A stretch of 32,000 nt of DNA from Paramicrosporidium saccamoebae KSL3 (GCA_002794465.1 MTSL01000135.1:1-32000), one strand, 5' to 3'. Positions 18,519 through 28,567 are shown, numbered from the stretch's first letter. The notes: generated from the sequence alone by a model not told the origin. Made by a program: numbers and translations.

Positions 18519-18902
18519 ATGAGACTATCTCTGATCCTTCCGCTCTTTCTTATTGCCGTATCCGAAGGCCGCTTCCGTCGTTATGAACGAAATGAAGACG
18601 ACCATGAAGATGCGGTTGACTACAGTAAACTGCGCAGCAATCTCCGCCAGGCCCGACCTGCCCAACGTCCTGCGCGTCAGCCAGAGGCAGCCCCGGAGTG
18701 GATGAACAGAAATTTAAGAAAGACTGAGACAAAGAACCGCGACTGGGAGAAGGATCAGATGCAAGAATTAAGGGAAGATGTTTTCCGAGAATTTCGTGGG
18801 GAGGAGCCAGTAGAGCGGAACACTTATGAGAATTTTAAGCAACGAAGCCAAAAGCCTAGACGTCGTTGGAACCGAGAGACGGGTAGATTTGAAGTGTCCT
18901 AG
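18519..18902 (+). CDS. Small secreted charged protein with an LRKTET motif (127 aa)
   Basis: Leader MRLSLILPLFLIAVSEG, PEWMNRNLRKTET, and basic clusters RFRR and KPRRR. Confidence 0.75.
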   Translation: MRLSLILPLFLIAVSEGRFRRYERNEDDHEDAVDYSKLRSNLRQARPAQRPARQPEAAPEWMNRNLRKTETKNRDWEKDQMQELREDVFREFRGEEPVERNTYENFKQRSQKPRRRWNRETGRFEVS

Positions 18903-19270
18903 TCTTGAATAAAGAAATGATTAGGGATGATGAGATGTTGAGATGTTGATAGGGATAATGTGACGTTTTTATAGGCAAGGAGATGTTTAGAGACGTAATG
19001 CAGGTGTCGCGTAGTGGGGATAACACCACGGCCCAGTTTAGGTGAGAAGAGAATTTATTCAGTCAATCCAACGACCCATTTATAGTCTCACAAATAACAT
19101 AACCCTCAAATGGTAAAGATCTCATTATCCTTCATCGATTGTTCTGATTATCCCTTCTCCAAACTAGGGAACTATTTCCAAGAGACATGCTAATCAGTCT
19201 TCTATGCCACACAGGTACACCTAATGCATTTGATACATATAATACAACTGACACAATTATCTAGCCTTTA

Positions 19271-21505
19271 TTACCAGGATTTCTGATGCATGATAAAATG
19301 CTCAAACAGATCCAATGTATTGGGCAACAAGTGGCTTGGAACATCGGCAAGTAAAAGTTTAGCCATGTTAATACAGTTCATCTTGACGGGCTTTGTGGAA
19401 GTAAGCACCACGGGTCGTTCTTCTGGATTTGTGACTAATGAGATGGCGAGCTGTGCAGCAACTTCCTTACGACGCGAGTGATACGGGGTCAACTCGTCAG
19501 CAGCAGGAAGTGCCACGTTAGAGGACAGCGACATGACATGTAAGAGGTTTTGGGCGTCCAGGAACACAAGTACCGGTTCGGACCGCCATTCCACAGACAC
19601 GAATTCAACGTCCCGGATGGGCCGAGTGTGGCGATGACAATGCACTGGGACGGGTGAGCAGGGTGAGAACATGAGAACAACTGAGGAATCCTCAACTGAC
19701 GTGACGACTGAAAACAATTCTCCTTCGGGGTGCATTTTGAGACAGCTTGTACTTGTGGCCAATGTCCAGACAATCTTCATAGAGGCGAGATTCCAAACGT
19801 AAATCTTGGAAGCATCAGTTCCGATGAGGTAATCACCAACCATCAAAACTTGCTGAATGTCGTGTTGGCTGCCAAATGTCTGCAAGGAGCCCAAAAGTTC
19901 AAGCGTGTCAGGGTCAAGCAAACGGACTGTTTTGCCAAATCCAACGGCGAGGACAGAGCCGTCCTTGGAATAGGCAGCTGAGTTGCAACGAAGCGTTTTG
20001 TGGGTGACAGAAGACTTGTTTTCCCAAGTAATCTGGGCCACTGCTTTCCCATCGTCAGTCACTTTGAGGACACGTCTCCCCGAGTTTTCCCAGACTTTGA
20101 CCTTTCCGTCAGCGCCAACAGTGGCACATTGATAGAGTCCACCGACGCGGGTCGGACGGAACACAATTTTGTTGATCGGCTCATGATGGGGAACGTCAAA
20201 GGCTGTGTAGACCTGATACTGACCGCCCCTGCGACGTCGCCAGAAACGTAATACGTCATGGTGGAGACGACGAATATCCGTCATCCGGCGATCATACGTT
20301 GCCATCCAATTGCCGTCGGCAGAAAAGGCAACGTGATAGACATCCGAATAAATCAGTTCCTTGCCCTTTTTACCGCGTCCAACAATGTTTTGCTGACAAA
20401 CATCAATATCGCCACCAAAGGTACAGTCTCTAATTGGGTCGAATGACTGAATCTGGCCAGGAATGGCATTGAGGAAGACTGCAGATGGAACCCGCGGGTC
20501 TTTGACCAGTCCGATTTTGCACTGCTTCGGAAGACTACGGACACCATCGTAGCGTCCAACCGGCTTCATTAGGGATGGAGAGACGATTAGCACTGAATTG
20601 TGACGAAGGAGAATGGCATAGTAATCTCCCAAGTTGTTGCTGATGGCGCCAAGAACGTGTGCGCCAAGGTGAGGGAAGAATTGGCGTTCAGATCGTTCCA
20701 CATCCCAAACCACCATGACACACTCTTCTCCTCCGGACAATAAATGTCTTCCATCGGGAGTCGCCTCCAAAGTCAACGGAGCGCGAGGATGCCAGTGCAT
20801 CTTTTCTATTTCGCAATTGTTGGTAATGTCGTAGGTATAAATTTTGCCCATCTTGTCGGCAAAATAAAAGATGGGTTCGGTGGGGTGGATGGCAAGCCGT
20901 ACTGGGAGAGAGGGAACCTTGAATTTCATAACTTTTTGTCTCCAAGGATCTTCTGTGATATTCCAGACATGCACAGCACCCTTCTTTACAACGGCCATGC
21001 GACGTCCATCCAGAGAGAGGGCGGCAAGAGGATGGGCCTTTTGGACTTGGAAGGCGAGATGGAATGGTTCGGGCTGGTTGACATCGGCCATGTCCAGTTT
21101 CCATATTTCTCCATAGCCACGGCCATTGTTCTGCTCACCCTCTCCGGCCAGTGTGCGTGAGAGAATAAAAATGGAATCACACGATCCGCTCGGTGCGGAG
21201 AGCATCCCGACTATGCGACGGCCGAGATTCCAAGTGCCAAGACACTGTCCTCCTTCATATTGCCACCGACGGATGGTTCCATCCTCAGAACCGGTAAACA
21301 GCTCTCCCTTGACAGTGGGATGCAGCGCCAGGGCGACTATTGAGGACGCCGACTGAGTAGCGTCAAGACGTCCCAAGAGCTGACACGTTTTTCCGTCAAG
21401 TATCAGTACGTCGCTTCCTTGGCAGACAAAGAGATGCTCATCACTGTGGGAAAAGAGGACAGTTCCTTTGATAAGGTTGCCACCACACTTTTTCAATAAT
21501 TTCAT
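19271..21505 (-). CDS. NAN1: U3 snoRNP/t-UTP WD40 protein Utp17/Nan1 (WDR75), 744 aa
   Basis: WD40 repeats with HWHPRAPLTL..DGRHLLSGGEECVMVVW..FFPHLG, and AFSADGNWMATYD..LRFW. Confidence 0.85.
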   Translation of the reverse strand: MKLLKKCGGNLIKGTVLFSHSDEHLFVCQGSDVLILDGKTCQLLGRLDATQSASSIVALALHPTVKGELFTGSEDGTIRRWQYEGGQCLGTWNLGRRIVGMLSAPSGSCDSIFILSRTLAGEGEQNNGRGYGEIWKLDMADVNQPEPFHLAFQVQKAHPLAALSLDGRRMAVVKKGAVHVWNITEDPWRQKVMKFKVPSLPVRLAIHPTEPIFYFADKMGKIYTYDITNNCEIEKMHWHPRAPLTLEATPDGRHLLSGGEECVMVVWDVERSERQFFPHLGAHVLGAISNNLGDYYAILLRHNSVLIVSPSLMKPVGRYDGVRSLPKQCKIGLVKDPRVPSAVFLNAIPGQIQSFDPIRDCTFGGDIDVCQQNIVGRGKKGKELIYSDVYHVAFSADGNWMATYDRRMTDIRRLHHDVLRFWRRRRGGQYQVYTAFDVPHHEPINKIVFRPTRVGGLYQCATVGADGKVKVWENSGRRVLKVTDDGKAVAQITWENKSSVTHKTLRCNSAAYSKDGSVLAVGFGKTVRLLDPDTLELLGSLQTFGSQHDIQQVLMVGDYLIGTDASKIYVWNLASMKIVWTLATSTSCLKMHPEGELFSVVTSVEDSSVVLMFSPCSPVPVHCHRHTRPIRDVEFVSVEWRSEPVLVFLDAQNLLHVMSLSSNVALPAADELTPYHSRRKEVAAQLAISLVTNPEERPVVLTSTKPVKMNCINMAKLLLADVPSHLLPNTLDLFEHFIMHQKSW

Positions 21506-21933
21506 ATACCCCGGCTAGCAAGGACTGCAGGACTTTTAATAGTAGTACGGAGACGTATGTCAGCATGTGATCAGCCCGACTACAAAGGCTTATATGTCAG
21601 AGTGATCAGCCCTAACGTTTTCACGAAATTACCTCAGTTGGCTAGACCGAAAAAGCTGATTACACGTGCTACTGCAACGGTTTCGTGATATTACTACAAC
21701 TGTTCCATGGTATCACTACAGCTGTTTCGCGATTTTACTCAATTATCAACCGTATCCGATTATCCTTCTGACCAAGACCAATTTATACCTAGCCAATCAA
21801 TCCACCACGTCTTGAAAACTGGACAATCAAGCTCGCTGACGGTCTATCAAATTTTTACTTTACAACCAGCCAATGATATGGCTCTGATATTGTCCCAGCC
21901 GTGGCTTGGCCCGTTCCCGCCTCCATTTGAATT

Positions 21934-22665
21934 ATGACTGCCTTACGTTTCACGGAAAGCTGCCCGGATATTAAGCCGACCATTGACTCGATTGTGCATG
22001 ACACTTTTACGCTCTCTCCTCGTTCTACCACTCCGCCCAACTCGTTCAATTCACTCAACTCGCCTGGCTCGCGTCCTGCTACACCCAAAGTACCTCCATA
22101 TGTGGCTAGGGGACAGAGACCGAGACCACAGGTGACGCTCAGCTATTGCCAGTCCGTCGATGGTGGAGTTGCGGTGGCCGGTGGAGAAGCGTCCTACCTG
22201 GCTGACAGGCTGAGGAGCTGCCATGATGCGGTGCTGACTGGCGAAGTCCTCGACCATGACCTCAGCGTGTTTAATCGCATCATTGTACTGGACGAACATG
22301 TTTCAAGGATGAGCTTGGAAGGTCCTGATTTATCAAAGGTGTGGATCGTCTCCCAGGCAGTGGAGGGAGAAACCCATCTCCAAACAAAATGTGCCCGTAT
22401 TATTACCCCAACCAGCATGTCTCTGGAAGACATTCTGCAGGCCTTACTTGAAGCCGGGATTCGCAAATTGGCCATTGAAGGGTGTCTAGCTGTGCGATTC
22501 CTTGAAACTGCCATGTTTGACAAGCTCGTTGTGACGATTGTGCCGACATTTTCCGAACAAACCAGCACACGCGTTGTCGTGAAAAAGCCCAGACTCACGA
22601 ATACGCATTTTGAAGTGCTTGGGGATAATGTTATCCTGACAGCAGAGCCCGATTTTGAAATTTAG
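21934..22665 (+). CDS. RIB7: RibD C-terminal/Rib7-like pyrimidine reductase (243 aa), divergent
   Basis: RPQVTLSYCQSVDG, LRSCHDAVLTG, GIRKLAIEG and DKLVVTIVP. Confidence 0.65.
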   Translation: MTALRFTESCPDIKPTIDSIVHDTFTLSPRSTTPPNSFNSLNSPGSRPATPKVPPYVARGQRPRPQVTLSYCQSVDGGVAVAGGEASYLADRLRSCHDAVLTGEVLDHDLSVFNRIIVLDEHVSRMSLEGPDLSKVWIVSQAVEGETHLQTKCARIITPTSMSLEDILQALLEAGIRKLAIEGCLAVRFLETAMFDKLVVTIVPTFSEQTSTRVVVKKPRLTNTHFEVLGDNVILTAEPDFEI

Positions 22666-22724
22666 TGAATAGAGCATAATTAATCTGTGATTTATAAAAT
22701 GGGCGTGTGAGGTGTGGTTTGAAA

Positions 22725-22905
22725 GGCGTGAGAGGTGTAAAGGTGTGAAAGGTGTGAGAGATGTGAGAGACGTGAGAGATGTGAAAGAGGGAGAGGGTCG
22801 ATTTGTAAGGAGGACAGTTCATGAAAGGGGAGAGTGTCGATTTGTAAGGAGGACGGTTCATGAAAGGGGGAGAGTTGGTTTATAAAGAGGACGGTTTATG
22901 AGGGT
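22725..22905. repeat. Purine-rich intergenic repeats: a 9-bp degenerate array, then a 39-bp unit twice plus a decayed third
   Basis: G(G/A)(T/C)GTGA(G/A)A units at about 22725-22787. GAGAG(G/T)GTCGATTTGTAAGGAGGAC(A/G)GTTCATGAAAGGG at 22791 and 22830. Confidence 0.8.
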
Positions 22906-23045
22906 GTGATTTATTAGGAAAGTAATTCATAAAGGGGAACACATCATGCACAATCCAGATATAGGGGGTATTTACTACCACTTGCTACTAGTACGAACTG
23001 AGAATCCCTGGTTTCTTATATCATTCATAAACAGCCATTTTAAAG

Positions 23046-24047
23046 ATGCTTGCTTCTTCTGAATTGGAGCTTCCTTGGGTGGAAAAGTATCGGCCTCGTT
23101 TTTTGAATAATGTCGTGGGAAATGAGGAAATTGTTCAGCGTCTTCAGGTCATTGCTCAAACTGGAAACATGCCTCACATGCTCTTGGCTGGACCGCCAGG
23201 AATAGGAAAGACGACGAGCATTATGTGTTTGGCAACCGAATTGCTGGGCCCAGCTGTCAAGGACGCCGTGCTGGAACTGAATGCCAGTGATGAGCGTGGC
23301 ATTGAGGTTGTTCGCAACCAAATCAAGTCATTTGCATCGAAAAAGGTTGTCCTCCCGCCGGGACGCCATAAATTGATCATCCTGGACGAGGCGGACAGCA
23401 TGACTTCGGGTGCACAACAAGCTCTGCGGAGGATAATGGAGGTGCATTCGTCAACGACGCGCTTTGCACTGGCCTGCAATAACAGCAGCAAGATTATTGA
23501 GCCGATACAGTCGCGGTGTGCCATTCTGCGGTATGGGCGACTTGGCAATGAACAGTTGCTGAAACGAGTGGTAGAGGTGTGCGAGTTGGAGGGTGTTGGA
23601 TACAGTCCTGAGGGACTAGAGGCCATCATGTTCACGGCCGATGGCGATATGCGTCAGGCACTGAATAATCTCCAATCCACTCATGCTGGATTTGGATACG
23701 TTAATGCAGATAATGTATATCGTGTTTGTGACTCTCCGCATCCGGCAGTGATCCAGGAAATTGTCATGGCCTGTGTAGGGGGCTCTCTGGATCGTGCCCA
23801 GGCCGGTTTGGACCAACTCTGGTCGCTGGGCTACTCGGCCGTGGACATTGTCAGCACATTTTTCCGTGTAGTCAAATTTCTCCCCAAGGATCGAATTACT
23901 GAACCGATGCAGCTGGACTTTATTAGGGAAATTGGCTTGATTCACATGAGGATCCTGGAGGGTGTCTCCACCAAGCTGCAGTTGACCGGACTATTAGCCA
24001 ACATGTGTCTTGTTGCCTCTGGAAAAACTTTGCAAGTAGTCCTATAA
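23046..24047 (+). CDS. RFC4: Replication factor C small subunit (yeast Rfc4/human RFC2), 333 aa
   Basis: [46 protein letters not shown] and EPIQSRC. Confidence 0.96.
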   Translation: MLASSELELPWVEKYRPRFLNNVVGNEEIVQRLQVIAQTGNMPHMLLAGPPGIGKTTSIMCLATELLGPAVKDAVLELNASDERGIEVVRNQIKSFASKKVVLPPGRHKLIILDEADSMTSGAQQALRRIMEVHSSTTRFALACNNSSKIIEPIQSRCAILRYGRLGNEQLLKRVVEVCELEGVGYSPEGLEAIMFTADGDMRQALNNLQSTHAGFGYVNADNVYRVCDSPHPAVIQEIVMACVGGSLDRAQAGLDQLWSLGYSAVDIVSTFFRVVKFLPKDRITEPMQLDFIREIGLIHMRILEGVSTKLQLTGLLANMCLVASGKTLQVVL

Positions 24048-24191
24048 GCAATAAACACTGGAGCCATCTAGTATGTGTCTTGCCGCGTTTGCAACTAATC
24101 CATCACCTTTCAAGCAATAGAACCATCTGACATTTGTCTTGTCGCGTTTGCAAATCGGTAATCCTGTAAGCAATAAACACTGGAGCTATCT
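24003..24191. repeat. Degenerate duplications of the RFC4 3' end
   Basis: 24045-24069 matches 24167-24191 at 24/25 nt; 24076-24094 matches 24135-24153 at 18/19 nt. Confidence 0.75.
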
Positions 24192-24200
24192 GATTGGTTG

Positions 24201-25640
24201 ATGGACTGCGAACATCCTGTTCGACTTTATGGTCTTTGTGCCATCTGCGGCAAGGACGTGTCTGCAGAGTACATTTTGTCTGAGAGATTAATTGTGTGTA
24301 GGGACGAGGAGACGACAGAGAGTCAGAATGTACATATTTTGCACACGAACATTGGGCTGAAAGTGGCCCGCCATGTATTTGGGCGGTCAATGGTTGATTT
24401 TATAGGAGGCGGAACGGATAGAGAAAGAGACCCAACAACGACTGTTATCAGTAAGAAAACTGTCCTTGGTAGTGGACCTTGACCAGACAGTCCTCCATGC
24501 CACCATCGACCCTTCAATGGGCAAGCTGGTCGGCCAGCCCGGCTTGGAAATATATCCCGTAGTGCTTCCCGAATCACCTGGCCAGACTTATTACATCAAA
24601 TTGAGGCCCCATCTGAGAGAGTTTATGACGAGTATGGCGAGCCTGTTTGAGCTCCATGTGTATACTATGGGGTCCAGGAGCTATGCACGTGCAGTCGTGG
24701 AGCTATTCGATCCCGATGGACGCTTATTCTACGACCGGATCTTGTCAAGAGAAGATTCGGGGATTTCAGAGCAGCGGAAAGACCTCAAGAGGATATTCCC
24801 CGCTGATGATAGTTCAGTCTTGGTCATTGATGATCGCGCTGACATTTGGAATTATTCCCGGAACCTGGTACCTGTCCCACCCTGTACAATGGATCATCTT
24901 TGGTTAATCTTTTAGATTCCTTCTTCATCGGTGTTGGAGATATCAATCGATTTAAAACGACACCGTCCTTGCTACTTACCGAGGATGATTCGGGAATTGA
25001 AGGACGAACAGATGCAGTTATAACTAACGACTCTGATAACGAGCTCCAACTTATTCAGAGGATTCTGGAATCACTCCATGACGAGTTTTTCCAGAGGATG
25101 GAGAAGGGCCAAAGGGCAGACGTTAAAGAAATTGTCGACGAAAGACGCAAATCTGTGCTCTCTGGAGTGTCTATTGTGTTCAGCGGAGTCATTCCGCTGG
25201 GGATTCCGCCAAGCCATTTTGAAATGTGGCGTCTGGCAGAGACCTTTGGGGCCGGGTGCCAAACCCAAATCAAGGAAGACACTACCCATTTGATCAGTCT
25301 CCGGAACGACACTGACAAGGTCATTAGTGCTGTGGAAGCGGGCATAGTAGTGGTCAGACCGGAATGGCTCTTTGAGTGCATTAAGCAATGGCGACGGGTA
25401 CCGTATGAAATGTTTTTAGTGGCAGATTTACCAATACGAGAGACTCGTTCAATTGAATTTGATCCGGACGAGCTAAGAGCAATGCGGGAAGAGCTTGAAG
25501 GATTGGAGGATCTCGAAGACAGTCTTGAAGAATTTGAGAGTCTTGACGGGTTGGATGAGGAACCGGCGAGGAAAAGAATGCGGATGGGCTCGGAATCTGA
25601 TATATCTTTAATCGAGGAACTGGAAAATGAACTATTATAA
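24201..25640 (+). CDS. FCP1: RNA polymerase II CTD phosphatase (447 aa), introns 24269-24301, 24375-24405 and 24884-24915
   Basis: CEHP..YGLCAICG, catalytic LSLVVDLDQT, YYIKLRP, VIDDRADIW, PYSFFIGVGDIN and a BRCT domain (SIVFSGVIP..TTHLI..VVRPEWL). Confidence 0.93.
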
Positions 25641-25643
25641 AGT

Positions 25644-25682
25644 TGTGACGTAGAGGCAGAGGATTGATTAGTTGGGTATTTG
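25644..25682. repeat. Dispersed short element, copy 2
   Basis: Matches 6253-6285 with a 6-nt insertion and two substitutions. Confidence 0.7.
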
Positions 25683-25782
25683 TGTGATAAAGTGGATCGC
25701 TTTGCAGGGTATTTGAGGACAGTGAGATGTGTATCCATACTATTTATCCCCGCTATGCGACAAAGTAGATCCTTGACATAGG

Positions 25783-26274
25783 TTAGAGGTCCTCGTAATT
25801 AGGTGGGGGATATGGCGGAGGTGGTTCAGCCGTGTTTTCGGGATCCAAATGCCCGGTCCATCTACTTTCCTTTACACAGAGGGCCAATTTTGCTGCATCG
25901 TCGGGATTATTGAATTGTAAAGTCAGCTTGGCACGCCCACGGAGGGACTCTTCGTCTTCTAGCGGATGTATCGCCGTCTCATAGGTGGGCCTACTCCATG
26001 GCCACCAGGACCGAACCACCTTTCCCTCATCAATCTTATTCCAAGTTGCCATCAGCGAGTCAAAGAGGGGCAGAGCCGGGTCAGTGACAAACAATAGCCG
26101 ATAATTGGTGCAGCGGAGCAGTCCGACGCCGTGAAAGGTACTTGAGGCGCCCGGATAGCCTACGCCCGTGCTGACTGTCATGGTGATGGATAAAAGTTCC
26201 AGCTTTGTGTGCTCCAATGAATTGATTGGCAATGGAAGACGCTCGTCATCAAGAACGACCGAGTTGATGCTCAT
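25783..26274 (-). CDS. WBP2-like PH-GRAM protein with PPxY motifs (163 aa)
   Basis: MSINSV..LPLP, GLLRCTNYRLLFV, and C-terminal PPPPYPPPNYEDL. Confidence 0.7.
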   Translation of the reverse strand: MSINSVVLDDERLPLPINSLEHTKLELLSITMTVSTGVGYPGASSTFHGVGLLRCTNYRLLFVTDPALPLFDSLMATWNKIDEGKVVRSWWPWSRPTYETAIHPLEDEESLRGRAKLTLQFNNPDDAAKLALCVKESRWTGHLDPENTAEPPPPYPPPNYEDL

Positions 26275-26356
26275 CCCCGAGCACGGGGTCGGCAACGGTA
26301 ATTGACTTTTATTATAAACAAGAGACTTGTTTGCGATTAGGAGTGAGTATGAGGTC

Positions 26357-26391
26357 GGGGGAGGGGGAGAGGGTAAAATTGGGATTAAGGG
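26357..26391 (+). other. Potential G-quadruplex
   Basis: GGGGG-A-GGGGG-AGA-GGG-TAAAATT-GGG-ATTAA-GGG. Confidence 0.5.
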
Positions 26392-26431
26392 TAAGGTTGC
26401 GGGCGAGGGCGAGGATGAGACTGGGGGAGGC

Positions 26432-28203
26432 TTATAATCCGACTGCAGATTTTATCTGAGAGAGATTGATGTTGAGATTAGGATTAGGATTGGGGTTGGG
26501 GTTGGGGTTGAGGCAGAGGGAGGCTAAATCTTCTCTTCCTTGAATCGTCAAGTTTACCTGAAGGGCTTCCCATGGTGCCCGATAACTGGGCAATAGTTCT
26601 TCTTTGACTCTGGTGAGGGTGGTGGTAGGGATTTGGGTCTCAATGGATTGGATAAACGATCTCGTGGCTTCGTCGTGGGATTCAAGACACATTAGCGAGA
26701 TTCCCTTGTTATAGTGAATTCGGGGCAGATTGTGTCCAGTAGAAAGCAATTGGTCGTAAATTCCAATTGCTCGATGATACTCTTTGGCATTGGCAAAACT
26801 GGCTCCAAGACGGTTCAAAGTAACCCAGTCCTGGGCAACCGAACTCAGTAACTCTTCAGCGCGAGCATAATTTCCAACCATGTTATTAAGCATGGCTGTC
26901 GCCAAGACATAATGTCTCGATTTTTCCGAAAGAGATTCAAACTTTCCCAAAATGGCCTCAATAGTGCTACCCTTTTCCGCCGATCCTAAAAGTCTTTGGA
27001 ACGCCTCGAGGGCATCGGGAATGCACGATTCGTTGATACAAGAAGCAGCGAGCCCAATCAAAGCATCCTTGTCTGATGGACTCGAAGCAAGAACTTTCAA
27101 AAAGGCGGCAATGGCTTGGGCATCACACTCATTGGCCTGCTGAAGCGTTCCAAGTTGTACCCACGCGGAAACATTGCTTGGATCTTCGTTAACTATTGCT
27201 TCGTAAAGTAGAATTGAATCTTTAAAGTTTACATTGCTTGCTAGCAGTTCGGCTTTGTTGGGGACTGTGCGATAGGGATTCTCTACAATGGGAACGGAGA
27301 AATGATAAGTTCCAAATTCGCGCTGGGCAAAGTTTTCGTATCCATAGCCAGTTCCTTGATACTCTTCCCAAGCCTTTTCCATATTCGCCCACTGAGCATC
27401 TTCTTTCAGAGGCTCAATATTTTTGAAAAAGTCTTGCTTCCATGTCTCGAATTCTTGCTGGACAAAATTGTCAGAAGTTGCAGCGGAACTAAATTCATCT
27501 GCCCAATTCTCTGCACTAGCTTTGACTTTTGTACCATCGGCTACAGTGGAACCAAATTCATCTGCCCAATTCTTTGCGGTGGCTTTGACTTTTGCACCAT
27601 CGGCTACAGTGGAACCAAATTCATTCGCCCAATCATCCCTTCCTTCCTGATTAGCACTAGCCTCGGCACCCGCTAACGTATGCAAATATGCAACAAATCT
27701 GGAATTTTGAAGCTTTGAATCATGATCCAACTCTAAGCTGTTCAAAATTCCCTGTGCTGTGTGCTTTAATTCCTCGTCTTCATTAGCATTGGCTGACTTG
27801 AATTCATCAACCCACGAATCTGCCCCCTCGGCCGGTTCACTGGGCCAATCAGTCTTTCGGCTAAACTCATTTATCCATGCTGCATTTTGGGCTGCCGTGC
27901 CTTGGAATTCTTTGGCCCAGCCACTATTATTGCTGATTTCAATCTTGGAAAATGCTTGTTCAAAAGCTACTGCCTCGCTGATCGGGGCCGCTGCTGCAAA
28001 TTCCTGGGCCCAATTACCGTCCTTTCTAAACTCGAAATACTCTGCGCCAGCCACATTCACTTCGGCTCCTGGCGCTGGTGCAGATTTAAACTTTTCCTAA
28101 AATCATCAATAGTGGCGCTTGAGATTACATTGAAGCGGGTGCGGTCTTGAAGAGCTTCGGTAAGAATCTTTTGCGCAGCATTCGGGCCATTGCAGTCTGC
28201 CAT
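26432..28203 (-). CDS. PEX5: Peroxisomal PTS1 receptor (579 aa), intron 28097-28128
   Basis: Spliced N-terminus MADCNGPNA carries the conserved Cys. Many WxxxF motifs, and TPR repeats (AWVQLGTLQQANECDAQAI; LNRLGASFAN; YNKGISLM). Confidence 0.9.
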
Positions 28204-28236
28204 ATTTACGCTCGAGTTAGCCGGGGGGGTTTAAAC

Positions 28237-28539
28237 ATGACGACCCGTGTAAATGTTCCCGAGCTGAAAAAGTACCGTCTTGAGCAGTTTTCTGATGGCC
28301 GTAGATATATGGACAAGAGACTGTTGTTGCAACTAAACTGCAACCGAAAAGTAACGGGTGTTATGCGCGGATTCGACCCGTTTATGAATATCGTTTTGGA
28401 CGAGGCAGTTGAGGAGAGGTCGGCTGAGCAGCGAATTCCTATGGGTCTGGCAGTAACCAACGGGAACTTGAGGCTTATGGTTTAGATGATCCGCGGAAAC
28501 AGCATTATTATGGTGGAGGCGCTAGAACGTATTATGTAG
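28237..28539 (+). CDS. SMX2: snRNP core protein SmG (78 aa), introns 28272-28304 and 28453-28485
   Basis: The spliced product contains PELKKYMDK, RKVTGVMRGFDPFMNIVLDEAVE and MIRGNSIIMVEAL. Confidence 0.93.
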
Positions 28540-28567
28540 AAATAAATGACAGGACTGGGAAGAGAGA

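Noticed and set aside
18160-18519. 119-aa minus-strand ORF
   Set aside because: It has a TTG start, no domain, and overlaps the promoter region (CCAATC at 18460) of the secreted gene.
21556-21740. Short degenerate repeats (TATGTCAG..GTGATCAGCCC x2; CTAC..GTTTC..GAT units) as an ncRNA gene
   Set aside because: No C/D or H/ACA box arrangement or tRNA fold was evident, and they resemble the other slippage repeats.
22631-22861. 76-aa ORF with PPYKSTLS and HISH repeats
   Set aside because: It is the translation of the intergenic tandem repeats and overlaps the RIB7 3' end antisense.
25055-25738. Long antisense ORFs (e.g. 25055..25738, 220..774, 2541..3062, 17472..18068, 23174..23635)
   Set aside because: They are shadows of well-supported genes on the opposite strand, with no motifs of their own.
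26478-26513. TTAGGA/TTGGGG run as an interstitial telomere
   Set aside because: It lies in the PEX5 frame, encoding NPNPNPNPNP on the minus strand, is only six units long, and differs from the repeat at base 1. A coding microsatellite explains it.
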